This document shows, piece after piece, positions 20,401 to 29,471 of a stretch of 64,000 nt of DNA. The first letter of the stretch is position 1; the number at the start of each line of letters is the position of its first letter. The notes under the pieces are model-generated. The model was not told the origin of the DNA and did no database searches. It worked only from the letters and a program-made list of their open reading frames with translations. The translations under genes and the position numbers were made by a program. The DNA lies in NCBI GenBank assembly GCA_034530875.2, contig JAVRCJ020000002.1, positions 1 through 64,000 of the forward strand, in the 5' to 3' direction. The stretch comes from Nostoc sp. DedSLP01 (lineage in GTDB: Bacteria; Cyanobacteriota; Cyanobacteriia; Cyanobacteriales; Nostocaceae).

Positions 20401-22627
20401 TCGCTTCTAGTTCTGAAAGATGTTTAAAGTCTAATAAACGATGTAAATAATCTTCTCGTAAAGAAAGAATAACTTTAACAAAAGGTATTTGGAGACAGTG
20501 ACTAATAAATTTATCGAATACTTGCTTTTGATGGCGATCGCTATATCCAAAGAAAAATTCTTCAAACTGGTCAAAAATTAAAACTGTGATGAAATTATTT
20601 TCGGCATTTTTTTCTAATTGTTGTAAAATATTCACGATGGTACTAGGCGTCACAGACTCAGGTAAAACCTCTGTTTCAATGGCTGTTTGGGCTGTAATCT
20701 GAGAAATCGCTTCACTTAAAGATTTGCTTAATTCCTTAGGCCAATCTGTATAAATTTGCAGCACCACAGGTATGGCAATTTGATCGCCAATCGCTCGATT
20801 TTGCAATGCTGGAACTAAACCCGCAGTGACGGTGGAACTCTTACCTACCCCCGACTGGCCGTGAATTATCGTCAGTTTTTGGTCAGCGCGGCTGATTCTA
20901 CCAATTAAATTATTAATATCTCGCTCTCGACCAGAAGCCGCAATTTCTAAAGCAACGCTGCTAGTGCCATTAGGTGAGATAAATGCCGGATTTGTTGCTT
21001 GTCTTTGGGGTTGCAAACGTCCTGCACCGATAAAAGCACGAAAACCATATTGTTGTTCGACAGAACGGCGTTTTTTGCGAATGTAATATGCTTCTAAATA
21101 TCGCCCTTCTTCAAAATAAAGCGATCGCAATCTCCGCAACAAGCGAATATAACGATGGGCATCGTATTGATGGATGCTATTTTCTAATGCTGCTGGCAGT
21201 TCTTTGGCTGCCTTTTCTAAATATTCGCGGGCGACTTCTTGCTCGCCTAAATTACGCTGTGCTTTCGCTATTATTAAATAATAAATTTGTCCCAAAAGCA
21301 AAGGAAATAAACAGTTATAAGGGTTATTTTGCTTTTGCGATTCCGCTAATTTCAGCAGAGATAAATGTGCTAAAATACTCGCTTTTACCCAGCGCGATTG
21401 TTGTACGGCTACTTGTGCCAGAAAACCATAGTCACAAGCAATTTGTATTTGAGTACCATAAATTTGATGCAACTCCAAAGACCTTTGAGCAACAATTTCT
21501 AATTCTTCCCAATCTTGGAGATTTTGCAAAACTTCAGCAAGCTGATTAATAAATTCAGCAACTATATTTAGACACTCTCCAACCTCCAAAATATTTAAAC
21601 ATTGCTGAAAATAAGATTTTGCCACTAACCAATGACGGTGATTTTCTACTTGATTTCTCTCAGCTAAACGACAACAACACAGCCCAATATAAAACAGTAA
21701 AACTCCCTGTCGTAGAAGTAGAGGAGATGGGGTGATGGGTTGGTGGGGTGGTGGGGTGGTGGGGTGGTGAGGTGGTGGGGTGGTAGGGAGATGGGGTGAA
21801 ATTCTCTCCTCATCTCCCCATCTCCCCATCTCCCCATCTCCCCTTTGTGCCAACTTTTGCCAAATCTGCAAGCTTTCATGAAAATGATTTAAAGCTGGAT
21901 TGATGCGATCGCTAACATAATTATCTAAGCCAAAAACAAATTCTAAACTAGCTTGTAATTCTGCTTCTAAGGTAATACCGCGATTTTGTAATTCTCTGAT
22001 GGCAAAATGAAGTTCATAGCTGTGTTCCCAGACTTGTTGTAGAGTAAAATAAGTTCCGGGAAACTTAGGCGCTTGGTGTTGTGCGCTATTGTTTGGCAAT
22101 ACTCTGGCAAATAAAGAATTAGTTTGTTGTTGGAGAAATTCCAGCAACGAGGAAGTTGTCATTTCAAATTTAATCGGTGTGGCTGCCCAACTTGCAAAAT
22201 CTGGTGCCAAACGTACCACCTTTTGCAATACTTCATTATTCATCCACACAATTATCGGAAATGGATGTCGCTTGCGAAATTCATCACGAATATGATTGAT
22301 AGACCTGAGAAAATCATCCAGTTCTTCTACTAATTCTAAACCCAAAATCATCAACGCTGATGGCAGTTGATTATCGCTAAGTAACTGTAAATGAATACTT
22401 GTGTAAAGACTTCTAGCATTGGGAGGTACAACTAATTTTTGAATCTGGTATAATTCAGAAGAAATTTCTTCGAGTTGTTGCAAGATTTGCTCTTGCAAAA
22501 CTCGATAATTGCAGCATACTAAAACTAGGGAAAATTGACCCTGAGAAAGAGCGATCGCTCTCTTTAAATTCCGCAGCGCCCCTTCGTTATTTGCTGTTAT
22601 ATCTGATTGTGGTTGTCGTTCCACCAT
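17483..22627 (-). CDS. Large STAND (nSTAND1-like) NTPase with TPR-like region, coiled coil, TM helix and C-terminal WD40 repeats
   Basis: Walker A GQSGVGKSS, LIFDQFEEFF, ILSLREDY, YQLIHDYL; about 14 GH...SPDG..IASAS.DKT.KLW repeats. Confidence 0.88.
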   Translation of the reverse strand: MVERQPQSDITANNEGALRNLKRAIALSQGQFSLVLVCCNYRVLQEQILQQLEEISSELYQIQKLVVPPNARSLYTSIHLQLLSDNQLPSALMILGLELVEELDDFLRSINHIRDEFRKRHPFPIIVWMNNEVLQKVVRLAPDFASWAATPIKFEMTTSSLLEFLQQQTNSLFARVLPNNSAQHQAPKFPGTYFTLQQVWEHSYELHFAIRELQNRGITLEAELQASLEFVFGLDNYVSDRINPALNHFHESLQIWQKLAQRGDGEMGRWGDEERISPHLPTTPPPHHPTTPPPHQPITPSPLLLRQGVLLFYIGLCCCRLAERNQVENHRHWLVAKSYFQQCLNILEVGECLNIVAEFINQLAEVLQNLQDWEELEIVAQRSLELHQIYGTQIQIACDYGFLAQVAVQQSRWVKASILAHLSLLKLAESQKQNNPYNCLFPLLLGQIYYLIIAKAQRNLGEQEVAREYLEKAAKELPAALENSIHQYDAHRYIRLLRRLRSLYFEEGRYLEAYYIRKKRRSVEQQYGFRAFIGAGRLQPQRQATNPAFISPNGTSSVALEIAASGRERDINNLIGRISRADQKLTIIHGQSGVGKSSTVTAGLVPALQNRAIGDQIAIPVVLQIYTDWPKELSKSLSEAISQITAQTAIETEVLPESVTPSTIVNILQQLEKNAENNFITVLIFDQFEEFFFGYSDRHQKQVFDKFISHCLQIPFVKVILSLREDYLHRLLDFKHLSELEAINNNILDNNIRYQLNNFSPEYAKAIIRKLTERSQFHLEPALIDALIEDLSTEFGEVRPIELQVVGAEIQDERITTLEQYQPYRPNKLIERYIKELIKDCGPENERAALLVLYLLTDESNNRPFKTRPELAAQLQELEDVSKLDLILEILVSSGLVVLFPDVPERYQLIHDYLVDLIRYLQQQESSLQVQLNQLRQKVEQSQAEIERLKSELSQKKEPNKLIDTHPQQGLGLLTELRELQKREELSQLEIEQLRVELKEKELTAKLAESQEKQRLSEAKLNRSLKIALSASVLAIFVLSFSIVMARDSEIKTLGVSSEALFASQKGLDALKEGLRAGKKLKRTIWVDTNTREQVLTALYQAVSGVRESNRLDGHLSGVNSVIFSQDRSLIASASADTTIKLWHSDGSLFKTLSGHEDVVNSISFSPDSQIIASGSQDKTIKLWNREGQLLTTLLGHEAVVNSVSFSPDGQLIASASTDKTIKLWSSQGKLLKTLDGHSSAVLSVAWSLDGQTIASGSADNTIKIWSRDGKLLKTFSGHDDAVLSIAWSPDGKTIASGSLDQTIKLWSLEGQLLRSLSGHSGGVTSVSFSPDGNAIASASTDETLKLWSSQGALLGTLKGHNNWVNSVSFSSDNRILASASRDKTIKLWRWQEVLLEKPKANNNDWVTSISFSPGGRTLAAASRDKTIKLFNREGKPYRTFSGHQDEVWGVSLSPDGKIIASASKDKTVKLWNRRGQLLHTLAAHSNTVLGVAWSPDGQVIASAGKDKLVKIWHRDGILLNTLQGHQDAVNWVSFSPDGKLLASASDDKTVKIWTRDGKLLHTLTGHGRRVNGVAWSSDSQMLASVSTDSTVKIWKRDGELLNNLSGDGDSFIGVSFSPDGKTIAASSDDKVRIWQRDGTLLIALKGYKNELTSITFSPDSKTLAVGSDNGTVIFQDLADIELEKLLARGCNLLHDYLQTNQKVMNSDRALCDL
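21722..21843. repeat. In-frame STRR-type repeat insertion inside the STAND-WD40 gene
   Basis: GGGGTGGT and CCCCATCT tandem units encoding RGDGEMGRWGDEE...PTTPPPHHPTTPPPH. Confidence 0.8.
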
Positions 22628-23934
22628 GATTTAAATCTTTGCGTCTCTGCTAAAATTGGGTTGACAGCAAACCAAGCTCCGTCGCGATCGCGGTATTCAA
22701 ATACAAACAAACTCCGCAATAAAGTGTGATATTCAATATCACCTCTCACCCTCTGCTGTTGCACCACCTGAAAGATGAGTTCCCACTCGTGTGGATCGAT
22801 AGCATTACCTCGATAATCCCGCTGTCTTTGAATTACCAATTCCACACATTCGCGATCGAACGGTGGATCTTGTTCGCGCAAACAATCAAACAACAACCCA
22901 AGCAAGTCGCGCACGTGACCGCCACTAATCAAACACAATCGATCTAAGGTTGCTAAGTTATCAAATACTTCTGTTATTAAGGATAAGCGATCGCTAGGTA
23001 AATTATCCGGAAAAGCTCTGGCTAAAATCATTTGCCGCATCAACGCCAACCCTTGGGGAAAAATTTCTCCAGAACGAAAGCGCACAGGAATCATCGGTAA
23101 CATTTTTGGTGCGACTCCTCCGCCCAAACGATGCTGAAGTTCGGCGCTATCGTTAGAAAAAGTCAAAGCTAGGGGAATAGTATAAACAACATGACAATTT
23201 AGTTTGCGTAACTGTTCGCCCCGTTGAATAAACAAGTATTCTGGTAGCGATCGCCCCGATGGTAAAGGTCTAATTGCTACTCTATCTAAATTATCAACAA
23301 TTACTACAAGTCCTCTTTTACCTTTGGCTTTGAGTTCTTTGTTAGCACGTTCTAAGAGTTCTTGATTAATTGACTGTAAAATATTTGCCGTTCGCGGTTC
23401 TAAATAGTCCCTTAACCGCCGTCGCAATTGGGGGCTTTCTTTGGTTTTAGCTGTAATTTTAGCAATCCCTACAGACAACTCAGCCTCAATTCCCAGTTCG
23501 ATTGGTGTTTGCAGGAAATCTACAATTTCAGTAAATAACTTAGTAAAATACCTTGGTTTGAGCTTGATTTTCATTGCTTCCAAGCTTTCACTTACCTGAC
23601 CTGCGATCGCCAATAAAACATCAGTCACATCCACATCTGCCATTTCTAAGACATGGGTAGACTCAAAATAGACTACATGGAATTGTTGCACTTCTAACTC
23701 AGCTTTGAGGCGCAACAATTCCGTTGATTTGCCACACCCAAGATGTCCGGTAAATAGCTGACAAGTTGGTGTATCTGGTGATATCCGAGCGATCGTGCGC
23801 TGCAAAGCCTCAATGATTTTGCCACCCCGCACCTGCGCAAAATCGATATAATATCGGCGATCGCTTGCATCTCCTATCATTAGAGGTCTACTTGGATTGC
23901 AAGCCTGATAAAATCTTTCTAAATCTAGGAGCAT
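22597..23934 (-). CDS. P-loop AAA+/STAND-like ATPase, translationally coupled to the WD40 gene
   Basis: Walker A GHLGCGKS, Walker B VVIVDNLDR, SGGHVRDL; 31-bp overlap with the downstream gene. Confidence 0.88.
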   Translation of the reverse strand: MLLDLERFYQACNPSRPLMIGDASDRRYYIDFAQVRGGKIIEALQRTIARISPDTPTCQLFTGHLGCGKSTELLRLKAELEVQQFHVVYFESTHVLEMADVDVTDVLLAIAGQVSESLEAMKIKLKPRYFTKLFTEIVDFLQTPIELGIEAELSVGIAKITAKTKESPQLRRRLRDYLEPRTANILQSINQELLERANKELKAKGKRGLVVIVDNLDRVAIRPLPSGRSLPEYLFIQRGEQLRKLNCHVVYTIPLALTFSNDSAELQHRLGGGVAPKMLPMIPVRFRSGEIFPQGLALMRQMILARAFPDNLPSDRLSLITEVFDNLATLDRLCLISGGHVRDLLGLLFDCLREQDPPFDRECVELVIQRQRDYRGNAIDPHEWELIFQVVQQQRVRGDIEYHTLLRSLFVFEYRDRDGAWFAVNPILAETQRFKSWWNDNHNQI

Positions 23935-24320
23935 AATTAATCGAGCTCGCTACTCAAGCGGATGACAAAATTTATTTTAATAATTTCTACCCGAATTTGA
24001 ATAATTTTTTCTTAAAATTCTAACTAAATTTCCTGCTTTCAGCATAGATTTCATATCTCTATTTTAGATAATAAACCGCAATACTAGTGTTTAATTTTAA
24101 GTAAGCAAAAATACTTTTACAGATAAAAATAGCAGAACTCTTTAATACTAAATCAGGTACTATTATCAATACTAAAAATCTTCAGCACAAAAAAAGTACT
24201 ATTAAATACAATCTCTCTAGTTGCTAATTTTGAAGATAAGATTCTGCCTCTGTTGCTAAAAGGTAATACCAATTCCCAAAACTCGTACTACATTGTAATT
24301 CTAAAACTTTGGCAAATCTC

Positions 24321-24352
24321 TAGACTCTCCAGCCAACTGGAGAGTTTAGGAT
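24321..24352 (+). promoter_or_regulatory. MerR/CueR-type metal-responsive promoter of copZ-pacS
   Basis: -35 TAGACT, 20-bp spacer, -10 TAGGAT; perfect dyad ACTCTCCAG-CCAA-CTGGAGAGT (24324-24345) across the spacer. Confidence 0.75.
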
Positions 24353-24462
24353 GAATTCAAGGCGATTCTTCAGCCAAAAACCAGAGATTTCTCGGCTGTA
24401 AAGGAGATGCCCCAGTCATCCCGCTTGGCGTGGCGAGGTTGTTTATTTTATCCCGTAAATCT

Positions 24463-24657
24463 ATGACTTTCCAACTCACAGTTCCTAACATGGCTTGTTC
24501 TGCTTGTGCCAGTAACATCACCAAAGCACTTCAGGCAGTAGATGCTAATGCTAACATTCAAGCCGATCCAACAACCAAGCTTGTCAGCGTAGAAACTCAA
24601 GCATCAGAAACAGCAATTAAGGAAGCCTTAGCTGCTGCTGGGTATCCAGCCGCTTAG
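24463..24657 (+). CDS. copZ: Copper chaperone (HMA domain, CopZ/Atx1)
   Basis: MTFQLTVPNMACSACA CxxC motif, ends AAAGY; ATG at 24463. Confidence 0.9.
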   Translation: MTFQLTVPNMACSACASNITKALQAVDANANIQADPTTKLVSVETQASETAIKEALAAAGYPAA

Positions 24658-24659
24658 AA

Positions 24660-24797
24660 AGAGGGCAGAGGGGCAGGGGAGGCAGGGGAAAAGGTTAAAG
24701 GTTAAAGGGAAAAGGAATAAATTTAATCTTTCCCCTTTCCCCCTTACCCCTTTCCCTTTCCCCATTCATTAGCCCAATGCCCAATGCCCAATGCCCT
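24660..24797. repeat. STRR heptamer repeat cluster
   Basis: GGGGCAG, GGTTAAA, TTCCCCT and (CCCAATG)n tracts. Confidence 0.7.
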
Positions 24798-24812
24798 ATT
24801 TGGCCAATCAAT

Positions 24813-27137
24813 ATGGATAATCTCACACTTAAACTTCGAGGTATGAGCTGCGCTGCTTGCGCTAACAATGTCGAAAAGGCAATTCGCTCGGTTCCTGGGG
24901 TAATTGACTGCAATGTAAACTTTGGAGCAGAGCAAGCAGCCATCAATTACGATCGCTCTCTCACCAATTTAGAAAAAATCCAAAGTGCGATCGCAGCTGC
25001 GGGTTACTCTTCCGATTCACTCTCCGAAGAAATACTTTTTGAAGAAGATGATACGGAGACAGCTATTAGGCGAGCAAAACAACGCGAACTCTCCCTAAAA
25101 GTAATAGTAGGAGGTGTAATTAGCAGTTTCCTCTTTTTGGGATCGCTGCCGATGATGACTGGTGTCAATTTGCCTTTGATTCCTAGTTTCCTGGGGAATC
25201 CTTGGCTACAGCTAGTACTAACAACACCAGTCGTGTTTTGGTGTGGTGCATCTTTTTACCGCAATGGTTGGAAAGCTTTTGTGCGACATACAGCGACGAT
25301 GGACACGCTGATTGCTTTGGGTACAAGTGCAGCCTATCTATATTCTTTGTTTATTACTGTTTTCCCTGGATTTTTTATTGCTCAGGGTTTGGTTCCCCAT
25401 GTTTATTATGAAGTTGCCGCCATTGTCATTACCTTAATTTTGCTAGGGCGATTGTTGGAAAATCGCGCTAAGGGGCAAACTTCAGAAGCTATCCGCAAAC
25501 TTATGGGACTCCAAGCTAGAGATGCTAGAGTCATCCGCGATGGTGTGGAAATTGACGTTCCCATCGCCCAAGTCAGAATCAATGATGTAATTTTGGTTCG
25601 TCCTGGCGAAAAGATTCCAGTAGATGGGGAAATTATTACAGGCGTTTCTACGGTAGATGAAGCGATGGTGACTGGTGAAAGTTTGCCAGTTAAAAAGCAG
25701 CCAGGAGATGAGGTGATTGGGGGAACGATTAATGGTGCGGGTGCATTTCAGTTTCGGGCGACACGAGTCGGAAAAGATACGTTTTTGGCTCAAATCGTCA
25801 AACTCGTGCAACAAGCACAAGGTTCTAAAGCACCAATTCAGCGATTGGCAGATCGAGTCACGGGATGGTTTGTACCAGCTGTGATTGCCATTGCGATCGC
25901 CACTTTTGCGATCTGGTTTAACTTCACAGGCAACCTCACCTTAGCAACAATGACAACGGTAGGCGTATTGATTATCGCTTGTCCTTGTGCTTTGGGTTTA
26001 GCGACTCCGACTTCTGTCATGGTGGGGACGGGGAAGGGTGCAGAAAATGGCATTTTAATTAAGGGTGCAGGCAGCCTAGAACTAGCACACAAAATCCAAA
26101 CCATCGTTTTAGATAAAACTGGTACTTTAACTGTTGGTAAACCTACGGTTACAGATTTTGTCAGTGTCAACGGCACAGCAAATAGTAACGAACTCAAGCT
26201 TTTACAGCTAGCAGCAACGGTAGAACGAAATTCCGAACATCCCTTAGGCTCAGCTGTTGTCAGATATGCCGAGTCTCAAGAAGTAAGCTTAACAGAGGCG
26301 AAGAACTTTCAAGCAATTGCAGGTAGTGGCGTGCAAGCAGTTGTTAGCGATCGCTTGGTGCAAATTGGTACTCAACGCTGGTTCAGAGAACTCAGAATTA
26401 ATACTACGGCTCTCGATGAGTATAAAAATGCATGGGAAGCCGCTGGAAAAACAGTTATTTTCCTAGCTGTAGATGGCGAAATCGAAGCAGTAATCGGTAT
26501 TGCCGATGCTTTGAAACCTTCATCCGCCGCAGTAGTGAAAACACTACAAAAGTTAGGTTTAGAAGTAGTAATGCTTACCGGAGATAATCAAAAAACAGCA
26601 GAAGCGATCGCTCAAGAAGTTGGCATCAAACGAGTATTTGCCGAAGTTCGTCCAGATGGAAAGGCGGCGATTATTCAATCTCTGCAAAAAGAGCGACTGG
26701 GGGCTAGGGATTGGCGACTAGGAAAAATTCTTCCCAGTACCCAATCTCCAGTACCCAATCCCCAATCCCTCGTTGCAATGGTAGGTGACGGCATTAATGA
26801 TGCGCCAGCACTAGCACAGGCTGATGTAGGAATTGCCATTGGCACGGGGACAGATGTGGCGATCGCTGCTAGCGATATCACCCTCATTTCTGGGGATTTA
26901 CAAGGAATTGTGACGGCTATTCAACTCAGTCGCGCTACTATCAACAATATCAAGCAGAATCTCTTTTTTGCTTTTATTTACAACATTATCGGTATTCCCA
27001 TTGCAGCTGGAATTCTCTTCCCTATCTTTGGTTGGCTACTCAATCCCATTATCGCCGGTGCAGCAATGGCTCTTTCTTCACTTTCTGTTGTTACCAATGC
27101 CCTAAGATTGCGTAAATTTCAAGCAAAAGCTATCTGA
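24813..27137 (+). CDS. pacS: Cu(I)-translocating P1B-type ATPase (PacS/CopA)
   Basis: [54 protein letters not shown] at 24813. Confidence 0.93.
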   Translation: MDNLTLKLRGMSCAACANNVEKAIRSVPGVIDCNVNFGAEQAAINYDRSLTNLEKIQSAIAAAGYSSDSLSEEILFEEDDTETAIRRAKQRELSLKVIVGGVISSFLFLGSLPMMTGVNLPLIPSFLGNPWLQLVLTTPVVFWCGASFYRNGWKAFVRHTATMDTLIALGTSAAYLYSLFITVFPGFFIAQGLVPHVYYEVAAIVITLILLGRLLENRAKGQTSEAIRKLMGLQARDARVIRDGVEIDVPIAQVRINDVILVRPGEKIPVDGEIITGVSTVDEAMVTGESLPVKKQPGDEVIGGTINGAGAFQFRATRVGKDTFLAQIVKLVQQAQGSKAPIQRLADRVTGWFVPAVIAIAIATFAIWFNFTGNLTLATMTTVGVLIIACPCALGLATPTSVMVGTGKGAENGILIKGAGSLELAHKIQTIVLDKTGTLTVGKPTVTDFVSVNGTANSNELKLLQLAATVERNSEHPLGSAVVRYAESQEVSLTEAKNFQAIAGSGVQAVVSDRLVQIGTQRWFRELRINTTALDEYKNAWEAAGKTVIFLAVDGEIEAVIGIADALKPSSAAVVKTLQKLGLEVVMLTGDNQKTAEAIAQEVGIKRVFAEVRPDGKAAIIQSLQKERLGARDWRLGKILPSTQSPVPNPQSLVAMVGDGINDAPALAQADVGIAIGTGTDVAIAASDITLISGDLQGIVTAIQLSRATINNIKQNLFFAFIYNIIGIPIAAGILFPIFGWLLNPIIAGAAMALSSLSVVTNALRLRKFQAKAI

Positions 27138-27160
27138 TAAATTCTAAGGGAGTTGAGCAA

Positions 27161-27382
27161 ATGTTCAGCAAAAAAATGCTTTGGGCAAATTTGGCTGGTT
27201 TAGTCCTGCTGACTGGAACATCAACCGTAACCTTAGCCCAAATGCCAGCCCATTCACAGCAAAGCAGCCAATTCCATTATATAGAGCAACCTTTGGGCTT
27301 AAAAATTGGAGTGGCGATCGCTGGTTTAGCTTTAATCGGGCTAGAGTTGTGGTGGTTTCTTCTCTATGTACCTGACGAATAA
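27161..27382 (+). CDS. Small membrane protein resembling the N-terminus of pacS-associated cupredoxin proteins (no cupredoxin domain)
   Basis: Signal-like N-terminus, QFHYIEQPLGLKIGV...IGLELWWFL; SD-like AAGGGAG upstream. Confidence 0.65.
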   Translation: MFSKKMLWANLAGLVLLTGTSTVTLAQMPAHSQQSSQFHYIEQPLGLKIGVAIAGLALIGLELWWFLLYVPDE

Positions 27383-27448
27383 TTAATTTATACTTTGCCC
27401 TGCACTTGGCTTTTGTATTTCAAAGTATCACTTTAGGGCAGTTTTCAT

Positions 27449-27541
27449 TAGACCTCTTGCAAAAGTCGTTACTTTGCGTTCTCTTCTGGAGCGTTTCTGC
27501 ACCTCTGCGCGATACAAAAAAATATTTATGCAAGAAGTCTA
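27449..27541. mobile_element. ~90-bp MITE with TIRs TAGACCTCTTGCA...TGCAAGAAGTCTA
   Basis: Inverted termini; same ends at 29315-29405; both flanked by TCAT...ATGA. Confidence 0.75.
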
Positions 27542-27589
27542 ATGAAGTACACAAACTAGTTTTAAAAGCTTAGTCTTAAGCCCGTTTTC

Positions 27590-27643
27590 CTCCTGAATTC
27601 TGACTCCTGTTAGCGTAGCGGGGCGTAGCCCATTCTGAATTCT
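27590..27643. repeat. Small dispersed repeat embedded in heptamer repeats
   Basis: GTTAGCGTAGCGGGGCGTAGCCC inside CCTGAAT/TCTGAAT units. Confidence 0.55.
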
Positions 27644-27646
27644 CTT

Positions 27647-28078
27647 TTATTTACCAATATCTTCATTCCAAAGTTCGGGGTTAGTTTCAATAAATTCACT
27701 CATTATTTGTTCGCATTCATCAAGATTGAGATCGATTACTTCTACACCGTGAGATATCATAAAATCTTTAGCGCCAGGAAAAGTTCTGGATTCTCCAGCA
27801 ATAACTTTTTTAATGCCAAATTGTACTACTGCCCCAGCGCATAAATAGCAGGGCATTAAGGTTGAATATAGTGTTGTACCTCTATAGCTGCCGACTCTCC
27901 CAGCATTGCGGAGACAATCAATTTCAGCATGGGTAACAGGATCGGCATCTTGTACGCGTTTATTGTGTCCTCTGCCGATAATTTTGCCATCTTTTACCAG
28001 AACAGAACCTATGGGAATTCCACCTTCTTGTCTGCCTTGTTTTGCTTCTTGAATTGCAGCCTGCATAAATTCATCCAT
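27647..28078 (-). CDS. Cytosine/nucleoside deaminase (yeast FCY1-like zinc deaminase)
   Basis: HAEID and PCYLC zinc motifs, GGIPIG, C-terminal WNEDIG. Confidence 0.9.
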   Translation of the reverse strand: MDEFMQAAIQEAKQGRQEGGIPIGSVLVKDGKIIGRGHNKRVQDADPVTHAEIDCLRNAGRVGSYRGTTLYSTLMPCYLCAGAVVQFGIKKVIAGESRTFPGAKDFMISHGVEVIDLNLDECEQIMSEFIETNPELWNEDIGK

Positions 28079-28101
28079 TTTTTATTCTCCTTAAAAAAAG
28101 T

Positions 28102-29025
28102 ATGTCAAAACAACTCGTATTAATGGATCATGATGGCGGTGTAGATGATTATTTAGCAACTATGCTGCTGTTGACAATGGATAATATCGAACTTCTCGGT
28201 GTTGTTGTCACTCCAGCCGATTGTTATATCCAACCAGCTGTTAGTGCCACACGCAAAATTCTCGATTTTATGGGATTTTCTCATATTCCGGTTGCAGAAA
28301 GTAGCGTGCGTGGAATTAACCCATTTCCCAGTCTCTATCGCCGCGATTCGTTTATTTTTGACCATCTCCCAATTCTTAATCAAAGGGAAACCATCACTAC
28401 ACCTTTAGTTGCCGAAACAGGCCAAGATTTTATGGTTAAAGTGTTACGTGAGGCATCAAGCCCCGTAACGTTGATGGTAACTGGGCCGTTGACAACAGTT
28501 GCAGTCGCTTTAGAAAAAGCACCAGATATTAAAGCAAAGATAGACAAAATTGTTTGGATGGGTGGTGCTTTGAATGTCCCTGGCAATGTAGAAAAAAGTT
28601 TGGAACCAGGACAAGATGGTTCTGCTGAATGGAATGTGTACTGGGATCCTATTTCAGCAGCAAGAGTTTGGGAAACCGAAATTGAAATTATTATGTGTCC
28701 TTTGGATTTAACTAATAATGTCCCAGTGACATCAGAATTGGTACAAAAGATGGGACGACAACGGCATTACCCCATCTCTGATTTAGCTGGGCAATGTTAT
28801 GCACTAGTTATTCCCCAAGATTATTACTTTTGGGATGTTTTAGCAACAGCTTATTTAGGACATCCAGAATTTTATCAATTGCGTGAATGGGAAACAGAAA
28901 TTATCACAACTGGTCTGAGTCAAGGACGTACTAAAGTTGTGTCTGGTGGTCGTAAAATTTATGCAATGGATAAAGTAAATAAAGATGCTTTTTATGCTTA
29001 TATTTTGCAACAATGGGCGAGGTAA
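28102..29025 (+). CDS. Nucleoside hydrolase (IUNH fold; purine-preferring IAG type likely)
   Basis: DHDGGVDD Ca-binding motif, TGPLT, WMGG, AEWNVYWDP, YYFWD. Confidence 0.9.
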   Translation: MSKQLVLMDHDGGVDDYLATMLLLTMDNIELLGVVVTPADCYIQPAVSATRKILDFMGFSHIPVAESSVRGINPFPSLYRRDSFIFDHLPILNQRETITTPLVAETGQDFMVKVLREASSPVTLMVTGPLTTVAVALEKAPDIKAKIDKIVWMGGALNVPGNVEKSLEPGQDGSAEWNVYWDPISAARVWETEIEIIMCPLDLTNNVPVTSELVQKMGRQRHYPISDLAGQCYALVIPQDYYFWDVLATAYLGHPEFYQLREWETEIITTGLSQGRTKVVSGGRKIYAMDKVNKDAFYAYILQQWAR

Positions 29026-29053
29026 AAACTAAAAAATTGGATGGCGTGGATAC

Positions 29054-29314
29054 TCAAGCTTGTGCCTGCACAACACAATCCTCAACCTGTCTGATTCGAT
29101 CCCAATCAATAGCGGCAACCCATAACTTCTCCTCTTCGGAGAACTGCACCACTCCATCAACTTCCAAATCTTCGCTATACAGCGTTAGCAACTGTCCATT
29201 CTGTAACTCAATACTCTGATTTGCCAAGTCTTCAATCGTACCAATACAGTTCAAACGCAAACGCCGCTCAGCATCAGCATTGTGAAAATCTGCAAAAACT
29301 TTAGGAGTAATCAT
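29054..29314 (-). CDS. Hypothetical protein
   Basis: 86-aa ORF (VFADFHNAD..RLRL...GT..DL; WVAAIDW) with protein-like composition. Confidence 0.7.
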   Translation of the reverse strand: MITPKVFADFHNADAERRLRLNCIGTIEDLANQSIELQNGQLLTLYSEDLEVDGVVQFSEEEKLWVAAIDWDRIRQVEDCVVQAQA

Positions 29315-29405
29315 TAGACCTCTTGCATAAATAATTTTTTATCTCACGCAAAGACGCAAAGACGCAAAGAAGAGAGCCAAGAAAAGGAATTTTGCAAGAA
29401 GTCTA
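29315..29405. mobile_element. ~90-bp MITE abutting the start codon of 29054-29314
   Basis: TIRs TAGACCTCTTGCA...TGCAAGAAGTCTA; internal (ACGCAAAG)3. Confidence 0.75.
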
Positions 29406-29471
29406 ATGATGCATACCAGAAAACAGGTAAATAAAAGCAAAGAAAAGAAATTTTTGTTGATTTTGAATTGT

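Noticed and set aside
24101..24114. NtcA-like GTA-N8-TAC site
   Set aside because: Matches the consensus, but no -10 box at the expected ~22-bp distance on either strand; plausible by chance in AT-rich DNA
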